From Methanobacteriota archaeon (GTDB lineage Archaea > Methanobacteriota > Methanobacteria > Methanobacteriales > Methanobacteriaceae), in contig CAWBCJ010000029.1 in NCBI GenBank assembly GCA_963787255.1, positions 544,001 to 608,000 on the forward strand: a DNA stretch of 64,000 bases, read 5' to 3'. A program made the position numbers and the translations under genes. Below, one piece after another: positions 32,402 through 42,661 of this stretch. The first letter of the stretch is position 1. Each line of letters opens with the position of its first letter. Under the pieces are notes generated by a model. It was given only the letters and a program-made list of their open reading frames with translations. It was not told the origin of the DNA and did not search any database.

Positions 32402-32423
32402 TTAAGCCCAATAAGGGGCTTAA
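32402..32423 (-). terminator. Hairpin terminator after fwdB
   Basis: TTAAGCCC-N6-GGGCTTAA directly after the fwdB stop, followed on the minus strand by a T-rich run. Confidence 0.6.
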
Positions 32424-32429
32424 ATGGGT

Positions 32430-33728
32430 TTATTTAGATGCCTGAAGTTCTTTAACTTTAGCTCTGATCCTTTCAAGGATTTGCTTGTCAGTTAAAAGAT
32501 CTGAGTTAACGACTTTCCGCATTTTTATAGGCACACCTTCCATCCTATATGCAGTTCCCTCAGCTTCTAAACCTACAATTGCTGGCGGGATAATAATATC
32601 TGCCATTTCAGTGGTTGGAGTTTTGTGAGGTTCAATTGCAATAACAGGAATCTCTGCCATTCTTTCCAGCGCTTTTTGAGGGAAATGAGCACCAGGGTCT
32701 GATGCAATTACCATCATTGCGTCGGTTTCCTTGTTTTGAAGCAGATCATTTGCTCCTGTTTCACCAGGATTGTATCTTGGGTATCCCATTGAGAAATCAA
32801 CACAGTATGGATATCCACTTTCCCATGTACATACCTGATTGAAACCTGTTACGTTGTAGTGACCTCTCATTGGAATTAGGTTCCATTTGGAGTATTCATT
32901 AAGTTCCTGAGTTAAACATATTGCAGTGTCTATGTTCCTGTGTTTTCCTCGGCTGTGGGTTATACCCATTCCGAAGAAGAGGATACCAAAGTGGGCGTTT
33001 TTAAGCGCTTCTGCTACTTCATATATTTGTTCTCTTGGAATACCTGCTACTTCATCGTATAAGATATCTTTACCGCGTACAACGGTTCTTATGGCATCTA
33101 AGAGCTCGTAATCCTGGTCGTAATCTAACTGCAAGTGTATATCAGCTAATTTTGATGAATCTGATTTTCTTGGATCGACTACAATAAGGGTTCTGTCAGC
33201 TCTTCCTCTTTCTCTGAAGAATCCTCTTGAGAAAACGTTTCTTGATAAGTGTCTTGGGTGAGCGTGCATTGGGTTACATCCCCAGTATACAACAACGTCT
33301 GCTCGGTTTTTAACTTCACCAAAGGTACAGATTGGGTATCCCACATCTTGGAGACCGAGTACTGATGGTCCGTGGCATACTGATGCTGTGTTATCAATTA
33401 CAGCTCCTGTTTGTTCTGCTAAATCGACACCTACTGCCTGTGCGTCACAATCTGTACAGCTCCATCCGTACATTAGAGGCCTTTTTGCTTTTACAATCAC
33501 TTCAGCAGCTTTGTCGATTGCTTCATCGTAACTGACTTCTACAAATTCGCCGTTCTTTCTCATCAATGGTTTTTTCCATCTCATTGCACCTTCAGTGTGC
33601 ACAAATTTACTGTGCCCGATTCTACATGCGTTCATGGTACCTACAATTTTGTCATTTTCGACTTTACAGACGATATCATCACAAAGAGTACCGCAAAATG
33701 GGCATACAACATTTTTTACTAGTTCCAC
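32430..33728 (-). CDS. fwdB: Formylmethanofuran dehydrogenase subunit B
   Basis: CPFCGTLCDD, DNTASVCHGPS (Cys, not Sec), GE.KNRADV..YWGCNP.HAHPRH, PMRGHYNV. Confidence 0.95.
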   Translation of the reverse strand: MELVKNVVCPFCGTLCDDIVCKVENDKIVGTMNACRIGHSKFVHTEGAMRWKKPLMRKNGEFVEVSYDEAIDKAAEVIVKAKRPLMYGWSCTDCDAQAVGVDLAEQTGAVIDNTASVCHGPSVLGLQDVGYPICTFGEVKNRADVVVYWGCNPMHAHPRHLSRNVFSRGFFRERGRADRTLIVVDPRKSDSSKLADIHLQLDYDQDYELLDAIRTVVRGKDILYDEVAGIPREQIYEVAEALKNAHFGILFFGMGITHSRGKHRNIDTAICLTQELNEYSKWNLIPMRGHYNVTGFNQVCTWESGYPYCVDFSMGYPRYNPGETGANDLLQNKETDAMMVIASDPGAHFPQKALERMAEIPVIAIEPHKTPTTEMADIIIPPAIVGLEAEGTAYRMEGVPIKMRKVVNSDLLTDKQILERIRAKVKELQASK

Positions 33729-33754
33729 AACTATTCCTCCTGTGTCGGGTAATC

Positions 33755-34567
33755 TTAAGGAGCGATATGTGCATTACCTCTAGTTGCAGCGTATACTAAT
33801 CCGCCGGCTCCTTTGGTTGCATTATCTCCTTTAAATTTGAAGAAATTACCTTCTATTACTTCTCCCTCTATATCTATGTCTTTTTCAACTCCGAGGAATT
33901 CGAATCCAGGTAAGAATTCGTCTATAATTCCTTTAACGACGATGGTACCACCTTTCATTTCTCCGCCGGTTCTGGCTTTGACGTTACCTTCTATTATTAT
34001 ATTTCCACCGTTCATGTGCACTCCAGGCATGATGGTGACGTTTCCTTTAACTATAAGTTTTCCACCGATCATGTATTCGCCTATTTCGTTACCTGCGTCA
34101 CCGTAGACTGTGAGTAAGCCTCCGCTCATTCCTCTCCAGTCACCACGGTAGGCTGATCCGACATAATCTCCGGCGTTACCCATTATGGTAAGTTCTCCGC
34201 CTTTCATATCTCTTCCAGCCCATGGACCTGCATTTCCTTCTACAGTGATCTTTCCACCTTGCATTTCGACACCAATGTACATACTAGTGTCTCCTTTGAT
34301 GACTATTTCACCGGTGGTCATGCCCTGTCCTATCCTTTTGGTGTTGTTTACATCTCCATCGATTATGATTTTTATTTCTGATGCATTATCACTGGATTCA
34401 CCTTCAACATCAAAGAAGTCAGACATAGGTACTTTTTTGTTACCGAACCAGATTTCTATATCTTTGATTTCATCAATGGTTTTACCTGCAAATGCGTCAG
34501 GAGTTATATTTTCTGCCTCTAGTGGTACTTGAGGCTGTGCTTTGGGTTTTAATATTATTTCACTCAT
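33755..34567 (-). CDS. fwdC: Formylmethanofuran dehydrogenase subunit C
   Basis: G..M.GG.I.V.GN beta-helix repeats, GSAYRGDWRGM. Confidence 0.95.
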   Translation of the reverse strand: MSEIILKPKAQPQVPLEAENITPDAFAGKTIDEIKDIEIWFGNKKVPMSDFFDVEGESSDNASEIKIIIDGDVNNTKRIGQGMTTGEIVIKGDTSMYIGVEMQGGKITVEGNAGPWAGRDMKGGELTIMGNAGDYVGSAYRGDWRGMSGGLLTVYGDAGNEIGEYMIGGKLIVKGNVTIMPGVHMNGGNIIIEGNVKARTGGEMKGGTIVVKGIIDEFLPGFEFLGVEKDIDIEGEVIEGNFFKFKGDNATKGAGGLVYAATRGNAHIAP

Positions 34568-36327
34568 TTAGATGCACCTTCAGCAGCTGATACGGATCCT
34601 GGAATTTTTTCATCCACGGAATCTCCAAGTAATGGTACTGATCTTGGAATATAGTTTTCCTGTACTGGGTAATTTTCGAAGTTTACTGAGTAGTACTGTC
34701 TGAACCATTTTTCAACGTCAACTAATACTTCTGCTTCTACTTCCGGTTTAAAGTGGGTGTTTATCCAATATGTTCTTCCATATTTGTTTGGGTTTACCAT
34801 GGTACCGTCTAAAACCACAACTTCTCCATCTTTAAGCACGCATGCAGCATTTGAAAATGCTTTTTCAACTGCCATGTACTCTGCAGATTGGTCTTGTGTT
34901 TCAGGGTTAAAGTCATATATTGCAATATCAGAGTCTGCACCGACTCCGAGGTGTCCTTTGGTGCCGCTTAAACCAAGTACTTTAGCCGGTGTAGCTCTTG
35001 TAACTTGAGCTATTTCGTATAATGAGTATTCACGGTCTAATGTGGCCACGCTGGTCTTGGTTTGAGCCCATTTGTGGAGTTCGTTTTCAATTAAGTTCAT
35101 TCTGTACTTGTTACTCATTAACCATGCCATAACTCTTGGATATCTGGTGAATGGTCCAGCATTTGGACTGTCTGTGGTCATACATATCTTACTTGCGTCT
35201 TTAGTAAGTAAGAATAGTTCCATACCAATTCCCCATTGTGATGCTGGAACTGGAGCTTTAGCTGCGTATATAAATGGAACTACACCTGATCCGGTTTCCA
35301 TTTCAACATCACAGTTAGCCCATTTAAGACCATTTAAGGAGTGTAAATCATATTCCATTGGACCGTCTGCAGTCATTGTGGTTGTTTCATCAAGAGTTAC
35401 TTGACCAACATCAATTATAATGTGGTCGTTTTTGTTTACGTAGTCTGCAACTTTAGGTGCTGCGGACTTGAAGTCTCTCCAGTTGGTTCCGTCGTAGGAG
35501 TGGAACTGAACGTGGGTAGCGTAAAGAACTTTGTCTCTGCTTCCGTATTTTGGAGTTGGTTTGATATTTTTAGGTACATCAAATGATGCTATGGTTGTTT
35601 CGTAGTTTCCTGGGTGTCCGAGGTCGTTACAGTGTAAGTGTATTGCATGTGGTAGTCCTAGCATTTCGTTTACTTCAGCTAGTCCTTTTATGATTTCTGC
35701 ACCTGTTACATCGAAGTATGGTACTGGATCGTTTATTCCGTGTACGTTTCCTCCCCATGCCCATGCTTCTGTACCTGCAGGGTTTACAATCTTTATTGCG
35801 TATCCTTTGGTGGCTCTTAGTAACCATGCGGAGTATGCTGCTGTTTTATCTATGTCACCATCTTTTAGGTAGTTCATTACAAACCAGTTGTTACCGAATA
35901 AGGGGTAAGCAGCGTGGTCAAGAATTGGCATATCATGGAATTCTTCGTGGGTGTGTCTTGCAAGTAATGGTGGCATAGCTGCTTCCATTGCGGTTGTGTA
36001 ACCCATTTGAGCGTATCTGTAACCGGTCATGAATGTTGATGGAACTGAGAAACCACTTCCAGCTCTCATACCGCCTCCTCTAGACATTACATCTTTTTTA
36101 CTGTCTTCTGGACGGTACATTCTTCCTACATTAACTTTTGCACCTGCAATGTGTGTGTGAGGATCGACACCTCCCGCCATTACGATTTTCCCAGAAGCGT
36201 CTATTACTTCCGCGTCATCACTAACGCTGTCCACTATTTTACCATCCTGTATACAGATGTCCATCTTGTCTCCATCGATGTTGTTTAGTGGATCATAAAC
36301 CATTCCGTTTTTTATAATCTTTTGCAT
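34564..36327 (-). CDS. fwdA: Formylmethanofuran dehydrogenase subunit A
   Basis: GG.D.HTHIAG.KVN.GR..RPED, KIVNP.G, HLHCN.LG.PGN, TTDSPNAGPF. Confidence 0.96.
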   Translation of the reverse strand: MQKIIKNGMVYDPLNNIDGDKMDICIQDGKIVDSVSDDAEVIDASGKIVMAGGVDPHTHIAGAKVNVGRMYRPEDSKKDVMSRGGGMRAGSGFSVPSTFMTGYRYAQMGYTTAMEAAMPPLLARHTHEEFHDMPILDHAAYPLFGNNWFVMNYLKDGDIDKTAAYSAWLLRATKGYAIKIVNPAGTEAWAWGGNVHGINDPVPYFDVTGAEIIKGLAEVNEMLGLPHAIHLHCNDLGHPGNYETTIASFDVPKNIKPTPKYGSRDKVLYATHVQFHSYDGTNWRDFKSAAPKVADYVNKNDHIIIDVGQVTLDETTTMTADGPMEYDLHSLNGLKWANCDVEMETGSGVVPFIYAAKAPVPASQWGIGMELFLLTKDASKICMTTDSPNAGPFTRYPRVMAWLMSNKYRMNLIENELHKWAQTKTSVATLDREYSLYEIAQVTRATPAKVLGLSGTKGHLGVGADSDIAIYDFNPETQDQSAEYMAVEKAFSNAACVLKDGEVVVLDGTMVNPNKYGRTYWINTHFKPEVEAEVLVDVEKWFRQYYSVNFENYPVQENYIPRSVPLLGDSVDEKIPGSVSAAEGASK

Positions 36328-36345
36328 GAAAATCCTCCTTTGAGG

Positions 36346-36738
36346 TTATATCATCTGTGCCTTTTTATAAACCTTCATTAAGGTAGGCATGTCTAAAACG
36401 TCTTCTTCTGTTGGTGTGATTTCCACAGGAACGTTTTTGAAACTTGGTGTTGCTGTACTGTCAGTATTAGCACGTATAACTCTGTTTGCCCATGGACCCA
36501 TAGGTATGTATATCATTCCTTCAGGAAGGGTTTCATTGGTGGCTACAACTTTAACAATAACGTCTCCGTAATCAGAAACAACTTTTAGGCTTCCGCCAAC
36601 TTTTACACCTAACTCTTCCATCATTTTTTTGTCCATGTAGCATATGGCTGCAGCGTCAACGTACATTTGAAGATCTTTACCAGATTCTATAGCTTGACCC
36701 TGCCAGATTGTTCTTCCTGTGTTTAGTATGACTTTCAT
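36346..36738 (-). CDS. fwdD: Formylmethanofuran dehydrogenase subunit D
   Basis: LNTGRTIWQG...E.GK, IPMGPWAN...T.ST.TP.FK. Confidence 0.95.
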   Translation of the reverse strand: MKVILNTGRTIWQGQAIESGKDLQMYVDAAAICYMDKKMMEELGVKVGGSLKVVSDYGDVIVKVVATNETLPEGMIYIPMGPWANRVIRANTDSTATPSFKNVPVEITPTEEDVLDMPTLMKVYKKAQMI

Positions 36739-36739
36739 T

Positions 36740-36985
36740 TTATACTTCCTCCAGTGTTATGGCGTTAACAGGGCATGCTTTAATGCATGTTGCACAATCT
36801 GTACATTCTTTTAGCTGTTTTATTTGGACAGCTCCGTCTTCTACGATTATGACGGGGTTAACGTCTTCTTGTGGGCCTTTCCCACCTGCAATTTCTGTAC
36901 TTTTGGAAGCATTTACTGGGCATGCAATGACGCAATTACCGCATCCGTGGCATAGTTCTCTGTGTACTACTAATTGGTAGGCCAT
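36740..36985 (-). CDS. fwdG: Formylmethanofuran dehydrogenase subunit G (2[4Fe-4S])
   Basis: CHGCGNCVIACPVNA...GGKGP; second CxxCxxCxxxCP. Confidence 0.92.
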   Translation of the reverse strand: MAYQLVVHRELCHGCGNCVIACPVNASKSTEIAGGKGPQEDVNPVIIVEDGAVQIKQLKECTDCATCIKACPVNAITLEEV

Positions 36986-38098
36986 CTATTTACCCTCCGA
37001 TTTGGCTTTCGCTTTCGCACTGCTCTTTGTCGCTGATTTTTGATCTGAAAATTTGAGTGATTCCACTGCTTTTTGCCATGCTTTTGATTTTGTTGGTGTG
37101 ATGTTCACGCCAGTTCTTTTAACTTCAATGGCAGATGTAGGACACGCATTTTCACATGCTCCGCAGTATATGCAGTATTTTTCGTCTTTGTGTAACCTTT
37201 CAGCTATTTTACCGGATTCAGAAGACTCTGGGAATGATAGTACGTTACATGGACATACTTCAACACATGTTTCGCATCCCTGGCATGCTTCCTGGTTTAT
37301 GGTTATTTCACCTTCAAATGGTTTTTCAACTTCGATGACGTCTTTAGGACAGATTTCTTGGCACCATCCGCAGTTAACACATGCTTCTTCGTCTATTACT
37401 AAGTTACCTTTAACTTCTGCTTCTTCGATTTCGTATTCGCCGTAAGGACAGGCTTTACATATGACTTTTATAGCGTCAACAGGACATACTCGCTTACATA
37501 CGCCGCAGTATACACATGCATCTTTGTCTACTACTATATCTGATGCTATTTCAGGATTTGCAGATGTTGGAATTTGTTCTTCTAGGTATATTGCGTCTGC
37601 AGGACACATTTCTTCACACATTCCGCATGAAACACATGCGTCCTTGTCTACTTCTATTTCACCAGTTACAAGTTTTGCTCTTTCTGGTAATTCCCTTATA
37701 ACCTTAATTGCGTCTTGTGGACATGCTATATCGCAGGCACCACAGTATATACAGTTTTCTTCTTCAGGGGTGATGGATTTAATTAGTCTTGGGTATTCTT
37801 CCATTTCCTTGATAGGTTTGCCGTCTATTGTAAAGTCTATTGCCTCTACAGGGCATCCTACGCTACACATACCACAAAGTACACATTTATCTTCGTTTAT
37901 ATCGATTTTTGAAGTATCAATTTTGTCTCTTACAATTGCGCCTATTGGACCAAGTTCGATTGCATCCACAGGGCATATTTGTTCACATATTCCACATCCG
38001 ATACATGTCTCATTTTCAAAGGAAAGTTCCCTGTTTTCTTCGGCTTCCCGTTTAATTGAGATGTTCTTTTCTTCTGCGGTTTTTTTATTTGCTACCAT
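36986..38098 (-). CDS. fwdF: Formylmethanofuran dehydrogenase subunit F (polyferredoxin)
   Basis: Eight CxxCxxCxxxCP motifs within the fwd operon. Confidence 0.93.
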   Translation of the reverse strand: MVANKKTAEEKNISIKREAEENRELSFENETCIGCGICEQICPVDAIELGPIGAIVRDKIDTSKIDINEDKCVLCGMCSVGCPVEAIDFTIDGKPIKEMEEYPRLIKSITPEEENCIYCGACDIACPQDAIKVIRELPERAKLVTGEIEVDKDACVSCGMCEEMCPADAIYLEEQIPTSANPEIASDIVVDKDACVYCGVCKRVCPVDAIKVICKACPYGEYEIEEAEVKGNLVIDEEACVNCGWCQEICPKDVIEVEKPFEGEITINQEACQGCETCVEVCPCNVLSFPESSESGKIAERLHKDEKYCIYCGACENACPTSAIEVKRTGVNITPTKSKAWQKAVESLKFSDQKSATKSSAKAKAKSEGK

Positions 38099-38549
38099 TT
38101 TTTACCTCCAAAATTTCAATTGAGGTGGTTGGACAACTTGATTCACACATACGGCATCCGCAACACCAGTTGGGATCTATCTGTGCTTTAAGGTTGTTTA
38201 ACTCTACAGCTTTCATTAAGCATGTATCTACACAAAGTCCACAGCCAATGCATCCATCTTTTATGATGGGGTTAAATTGACTTTCCATAATTGTTTTTAT
38301 TATTATCCTTGTCTTTTGACTGTCTTTTGTAAGTGCATAAGTCATTTTCAAAAAATCTTCAGGACATAGGTTACTTATGGTTTCAGCAATTTCAATGGAG
38401 TCCCAGGATATGTTTCTGCCGTTAATGTAATGAGAAACTGTCAATCGGTCCATTCCAAGAGCTTCAGCTATCTCCTTTTGAAGATAACCTTCTTCTCTTA
38501 GTTTGATTGCTGCTAGATAATTTAACCCTGAGATGATATGTTTAGGCAT
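38085..38549 (-). CDS. fwdH: FwdH: N-terminal HTH plus 2[4Fe-4S] ferredoxin domain
   Basis: [25 protein letters not shown] (HTH), [11 protein letters not shown] and [12 protein letters not shown]; first gene of the operon. Confidence 0.85.
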   Translation of the reverse strand: MPKHIISGLNYLAAIKLREEGYLQKEIAEALGMDRLTVSHYINGRNISWDSIEIAETISNLCPEDFLKMTYALTKDSQKTRIIIKTIMESQFNPIIKDGCIGCGLCVDTCLMKAVELNNLKAQIDPNWCCGCRMCESSCPTTSIEILEVKNGSK

Positions 38550-38560
38550 GAACTCACCAT

Positions 38561-38703
38561 GTGTATTAATTACACCTTTCTTGATATCTATATATATACA
38601 TTTTTACTAAAATCAAATAGAAAGGCTTAAATATTAAAGTGTATTATCCACACTTCCACAATCTTTCTTGTGTTACTTCACTCTAAATGTGTATTAACAA
38701 CAT
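38561..38703. promoter_or_regulatory. Three GTGTATTA-N3-ACA(C/T) imperfect palindromes in the fwd promoter
   Basis: 38561-38575 GTGTATTAATTACAC; 38639-38653 GTGTATTATCCACAC; 38689-38703 GTGTATTAACAACAT; TATA-like run at ~38589-38598. Confidence 0.6.
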
Positions 38704-38816
38704 AAACAAAAAAAATAAAATTTAATGCAACAAATTCTTTTAAACATAAAACAGGATAAAAAAACACAAAATAAAATATATTAGTTAATAAAATTGATTT
38801 AATATATTAAATCAAA

Positions 38817-39167
38817 TTATTCGTCTTTAGCTTCAAGGGTGCATTTTTTATCTTCACATTCGTGTTCAACCTCAATAATAAAATCTTTGGATTTTTCTAA
38901 ATCAATGCAGGTTAACCCTTTAATTGTTTCGCCTTGCACTTCAAGTTGAATAATCCCATCATTGTTGGTTATTACTCTACCTGGAATATAACATCTTCCA
39001 AGAGATAATCTTATAATATCTCCAGGTTTAACTTCTTTTTCCACATATTCGCATATTTCATCACAGCTTACGCAAACATTTTCCTCTTTTTTCAAGATAT
39101 CACCTATTGAAATTGGATACTGTAATTTATTGTTTTTCATGATTAAAAAACATACTATAAATTTCAA
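38817..39167 (-). CDS. DUF2097-family methanogen protein
   Basis: EY....VK.GD...LS.GR..IPG.V; true start probably TTG at 39095 after a GGTGA RBS. Confidence 0.7.
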   Translation of the reverse strand: MKFIVCFLIMKNNKLQYPISIGDILKKEENVCVSCDEICEYVEKEVKPGDIIRLSLGRCYIPGRVITNNDGIIQLEVQGETIKGLTCIDLEKSKDFIIEVEHECEDKKCTLEAKDE

Positions 39168-39315
39168 AAATTAACTTTTAAATCATCATTAACTTTTTTA
39201 GATATTTAGATTGCCTTTTCATAGCTTCACACTTTTAGACAATTCATCTTCTAAATCATTAAAATTAAAAATTTTTGGAAAAAAAACAATAATATCTAGG
39301 TGATAATAAATTATT

Positions 39316-41028
39316 TTAGAATTCTTCCATTTCTTCCAATTTCATTAAACTTTCAACAGCTTTAACCTCAACAGGAATACCCTCTTCCATAATAGCTGCT
39401 ATGGGATTTAAACCACCAGGAGTCACAATACCTACATGATATCTTTCTATTTTGGCATTATAAACAAGTTCACTGGGTTCTCCAATTTTAAGTACTGAAA
39501 AACCTGAATCCCTAATTTTTTCTATAACTTCAATAGCCTTAGGGCGGGCAAGATATGGAATTTCCCTTAAACTTGCAAGAATCCTTCCAGTTCCGTTTAG
39601 GGTGTCTAGAACTGATGTCATATTCTTTGAAATGTAAATTTCGTGTGGATCAAGAGATGAACCACTATATGCGGTTAATTCTACAAAACGAGGGTTTTTT
39701 TCTTCAATTTCGAGAATTCCTCCGTATCGGGGAGTTGTTAAAATTTCATTCTTGGTTAATATTCCATCCACGGTAAAACTGCATACTGTTGCAATTCCTG
39801 TCCTATTCCCGTCTGAATGTGGCAGTATTTTATAAAATTTACTTGTACAGTATTCGGGTCTGGAACGGAAGACATTGTCAATGATTTCAAGCGCATCATC
39901 AAGGTTGTCGTTATTTATGTAGGAAACATTTACAATAACTTTGCCCTTATGGGATTCTACATCTAAATCAACATTGTATATTAGGTTCCATGCCTTTGAA
40001 AGTAAAAATTTGACTTTTTCACTGGTTTCAGGGCCGGTTGTCTTTAATACAGGCTTTGTAGAAGTTAATTTATCCATTTCTTGAAATTCCATTATATTTT
40101 CTGCTAATTTAATGTTAACATCGCATCCTGCTTCTTTTGCAGCGCAAAGTGGGGCTATTCCCCCTGTTATTGCAATACCTACCATGTCATCATCTACAGG
40201 AATGCCTAAAACGGATTCTCCACTTTCACCAATCTTTAAAAGTCCGGAGACACTTATTTTTTGAAGCTGCTGGAATAATTTAACAGCACTATCCCTAGCT
40301 GCAGCTGGAATTATCCTGAAATTTGCAGGAATCATCCCATCACCTTCTCTTGCTACTTTAAGGACTGAAGTCATTTGTTTTGCAGTAAATGCTTCAAGGG
40401 GAGTCATGGATGTATGTTTATATGCTATAAGTTCGGTAAATCTAATTGGAACGTAATCTTCAACTTTTATTAGGCCTCCATACTGGGGAATTACTGGTAT
40501 TCCTTCTCTTAAAAGCATTCCGTCTATTGTAGTTCCGCAAATAGTGTCTAATCTAACTTCATTTTGGCCCGATGCATTTGCATTGTCTGATTCTATTTTA
40601 GAAAGTTTAACGTAGGGGCTTACTGCAATGTTTTTTCCAAAAACTTCTTTAATTATGTCAATAACCTTTTCATCGTAAATAAATCCGGATGTATTCACAA
40701 CAACAGTTCCTTTACCGTTTCGTGGGTTTAAAGAAGTTTGATATATCATTCCTTCAAATTTAGAGAAAGCAAAATCAACTTGATCATAAATAAGTCCTTT
40801 TTCAAGTTCTTTTAATCCCTTTTCTGTAATTTCTCTACCTGCGTATCCGATACGTTCTGTAAATCCTTTTTCATCCAGTATACGCATGTGATATCGCACT
40901 GCACGCTCTCCAAGATTATAACCTTTACGTTTTAATTCTTCTGCAATTGTCTTTGCACCTAGTACTTTATCTTGGTCTGCAAGTATTCTCAGGATTTCTA
41001 TCATTTTACGATCGGTTTCATCAGGCAT
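39316..41028 (-). CDS. nrpR: Nitrogen regulatory repressor NrpR
   Basis: wHTH (GAK.IA.EL...GY.LGERAVRYH...LDE.G.T) plus two NRD domains (T.CG.TIDG.L / TVCS.TVDG.L; GG.API / GGLNPIAA). Confidence 0.93.
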   Translation of the reverse strand: MPDETDRKMIEILRILADQDKVLGAKTIAEELKRKGYNLGERAVRYHMRILDEKGFTERIGYAGREITEKGLKELEKGLIYDQVDFAFSKFEGMIYQTSLNPRNGKGTVVVNTSGFIYDEKVIDIIKEVFGKNIAVSPYVKLSKIESDNANASGQNEVRLDTICGTTIDGMLLREGIPVIPQYGGLIKVEDYVPIRFTELIAYKHTSMTPLEAFTAKQMTSVLKVAREGDGMIPANFRIIPAAARDSAVKLFQQLQKISVSGLLKIGESGESVLGIPVDDDMVGIAITGGIAPLCAAKEAGCDVNIKLAENIMEFQEMDKLTSTKPVLKTTGPETSEKVKFLLSKAWNLIYNVDLDVESHKGKVIVNVSYINNDNLDDALEIIDNVFRSRPEYCTSKFYKILPHSDGNRTGIATVCSFTVDGILTKNEILTTPRYGGILEIEEKNPRFVELTAYSGSSLDPHEIYISKNMTSVLDTLNGTGRILASLREIPYLARPKAIEVIEKIRDSGFSVLKIGEPSELVYNAKIERYHVGIVTPGGLNPIAAIMEEGIPVEVKAVESLMKLEEMEEF

Positions 41029-41113
41029 TTCTTCACCATTAATTTGAATTGTAATGTTATTATTATATTGTAAAAATTAAAATAAAAACCTTTCAATAAA
41101 TTTAAAGAAAAAA

Positions 41114-41165
41114 GCCCTCAAACACAAAAGTGTTTGGGGCACTGAAAATCAAAGATTTTCAAGTG
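41114..41165. repeat. Tandem double hairpin between glnA and nrpR
   Basis: GCCCTCAAACAC-AAAA-GTGTTTGGGGC immediately followed by CACTGAAAATC-AAA-GATTTTCAAGTG. Confidence 0.75.
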
Positions 41166-41180
41166 ATGAAAAACGGGGAA

Positions 41181-42509
41181 TTAGATGTATAAGTATTTCT
41201 CTAATTCGTAATCGAATACTTGTATTCTGTAGTCATCCCATTCTTTTTTCTTAATATCCCTAAATTGAGTGTATATGTGGTCACCTAAAGTGGATTTTAC
41301 TATTTCATCCTTTTCAAGTGCGTGATATGCTTCCCATAGACTGGATGGTAAAGTGCTTATACCCATTTCTGCAAGTTCTTCGATGCTTTTTCCGAAAACA
41401 TCGATTTCTGTTGGTTCTCCAGGGTCAATTTTGTTTTTCATACCGTCTAAACCAGCTTCTAACATGGCAGCAAAGGCCAGGTAAGGGTTACATGATGGGT
41501 CAGGCATTCTTAATTCCACACGAGTACCGTTTCCACGGGATGCAGGGATCCTAACAAGGGTTGACCTATTTTTAAGACCGTAAGCCACATATACTGGAGC
41601 TTCGTATCCAGGTACTAAACGCTTGTATGAGTTAACAGTAGGAGCACAAACTGCTGTTAGGGCTGGAGAGTGCTTTAAGAGACCGCCCATGAAGAACATT
41701 GCTTCTTCAGATAATTGTGTTGGGGTATCAGGGTCGTAGAAAACGTTTTTACCGTTTTTAAATAAAGACTGGTGACAGTGCATTCCGCTTCCGTTTTCTC
41801 CAAAGAATGGTTTTGGCATGAATGTTACTATGTATCCCATATTGTCTACAATTGCTTTTATAGCTTGTTTAAATGTAATTACCGCATCAGCAGTCTTTAA
41901 CGCATGATCAAACTTGAAATCAATTTCATGCTGACCTGGTGCCACTTCATGGTGGCTGACTTCCACGTCAAAGTCTAAAGCTTCAAGATCCATGACAAGT
42001 TGTCTTCTTATATCGGTACCTTGGTCTACAGGCTCTACATCGAAATAAACACCGTTATCATGAGGAATTAAGCGTCCCTCTTCATCTTGATCCATTATGA
42101 AGAATTCTGGCTCAGGGCCGACGTTGTATTCATATCCTGCTTTTTCCGCTTTTTTCAATGCTTTTTTAAGCATGTATCTTGGGTCACCTTCATAAGGCTT
42201 TCCTTCTGGCCAGTATATATCACAGATAAATCTGCAAACACCTTGTTCTTCAGGCCTCCATGGGAGAGCTGAAAAAGTATCAGGGTCTGGTTTTAAGATC
42301 AGGTCACTGTTGTTAATATCTGCAAATCCTTCAACAGAGGAACCGTCGAATAAAAGACCGTCTTTTATTATATCTTCAATTTGATCTGGTTTGTTTAACG
42401 GAATTGCCATGTTTTTTGGAGTTCCGTGTATGTCTACAAACTGCAGCCTTACAAACTTTGTGCCGCACTTTTCAATATTTTCAATAACTTGTCCTATTTT
42501 GTCTGACAT
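41181..42509 (-). CDS. glnA: Glutamine synthetase type I
   Basis: [65 protein letters not shown]. Confidence 0.97.
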   Translation of the reverse strand: MSDKIGQVIENIEKCGTKFVRLQFVDIHGTPKNMAIPLNKPDQIEDIIKDGLLFDGSSVEGFADINNSDLILKPDPDTFSALPWRPEEQGVCRFICDIYWPEGKPYEGDPRYMLKKALKKAEKAGYEYNVGPEPEFFIMDQDEEGRLIPHDNGVYFDVEPVDQGTDIRRQLVMDLEALDFDVEVSHHEVAPGQHEIDFKFDHALKTADAVITFKQAIKAIVDNMGYIVTFMPKPFFGENGSGMHCHQSLFKNGKNVFYDPDTPTQLSEEAMFFMGGLLKHSPALTAVCAPTVNSYKRLVPGYEAPVYVAYGLKNRSTLVRIPASRGNGTRVELRMPDPSCNPYLAFAAMLEAGLDGMKNKIDPGEPTEIDVFGKSIEELAEMGISTLPSSLWEAYHALEKDEIVKSTLGDHIYTQFRDIKKKEWDDYRIQVFDYELEKYLYI

Positions 42510-42547
42510 TGTTTACCTCCATAGTAAAATTAGAGTAAATGTACACC

Positions 42548-42561
42548 GGAAAGAGATTTCC
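42548..42561. promoter_or_regulatory. NrpR operator GGAA-N6-TTCC in the glnA promoter
   Basis: GGAA-AGAGAT-TTCC lying between the minus-strand TATA (TTTATATA, 42578-42571) and the glnA start. Confidence 0.88.
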
Positions 42562-42661
42562 TTTTACTGGTATATAAATGTTTCCAAACAGATTTCAAAA
42601 GAAATTAGAATAGTTCAATTAATAACAAGCAATGCTTAGAATTTAGTTTAAAGGTAAAGAA

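Noticed and set aside
32430-33728. Selenocysteine-containing FwuB
   Set aside because: The metal-ligand position is Cys (SVCHGP) and there is no in-frame TGA
32926-38280. Numerous + strand ORFs over the fwd operon
   Set aside because: Antisense shadows caused by biased codon usage of highly expressed genes
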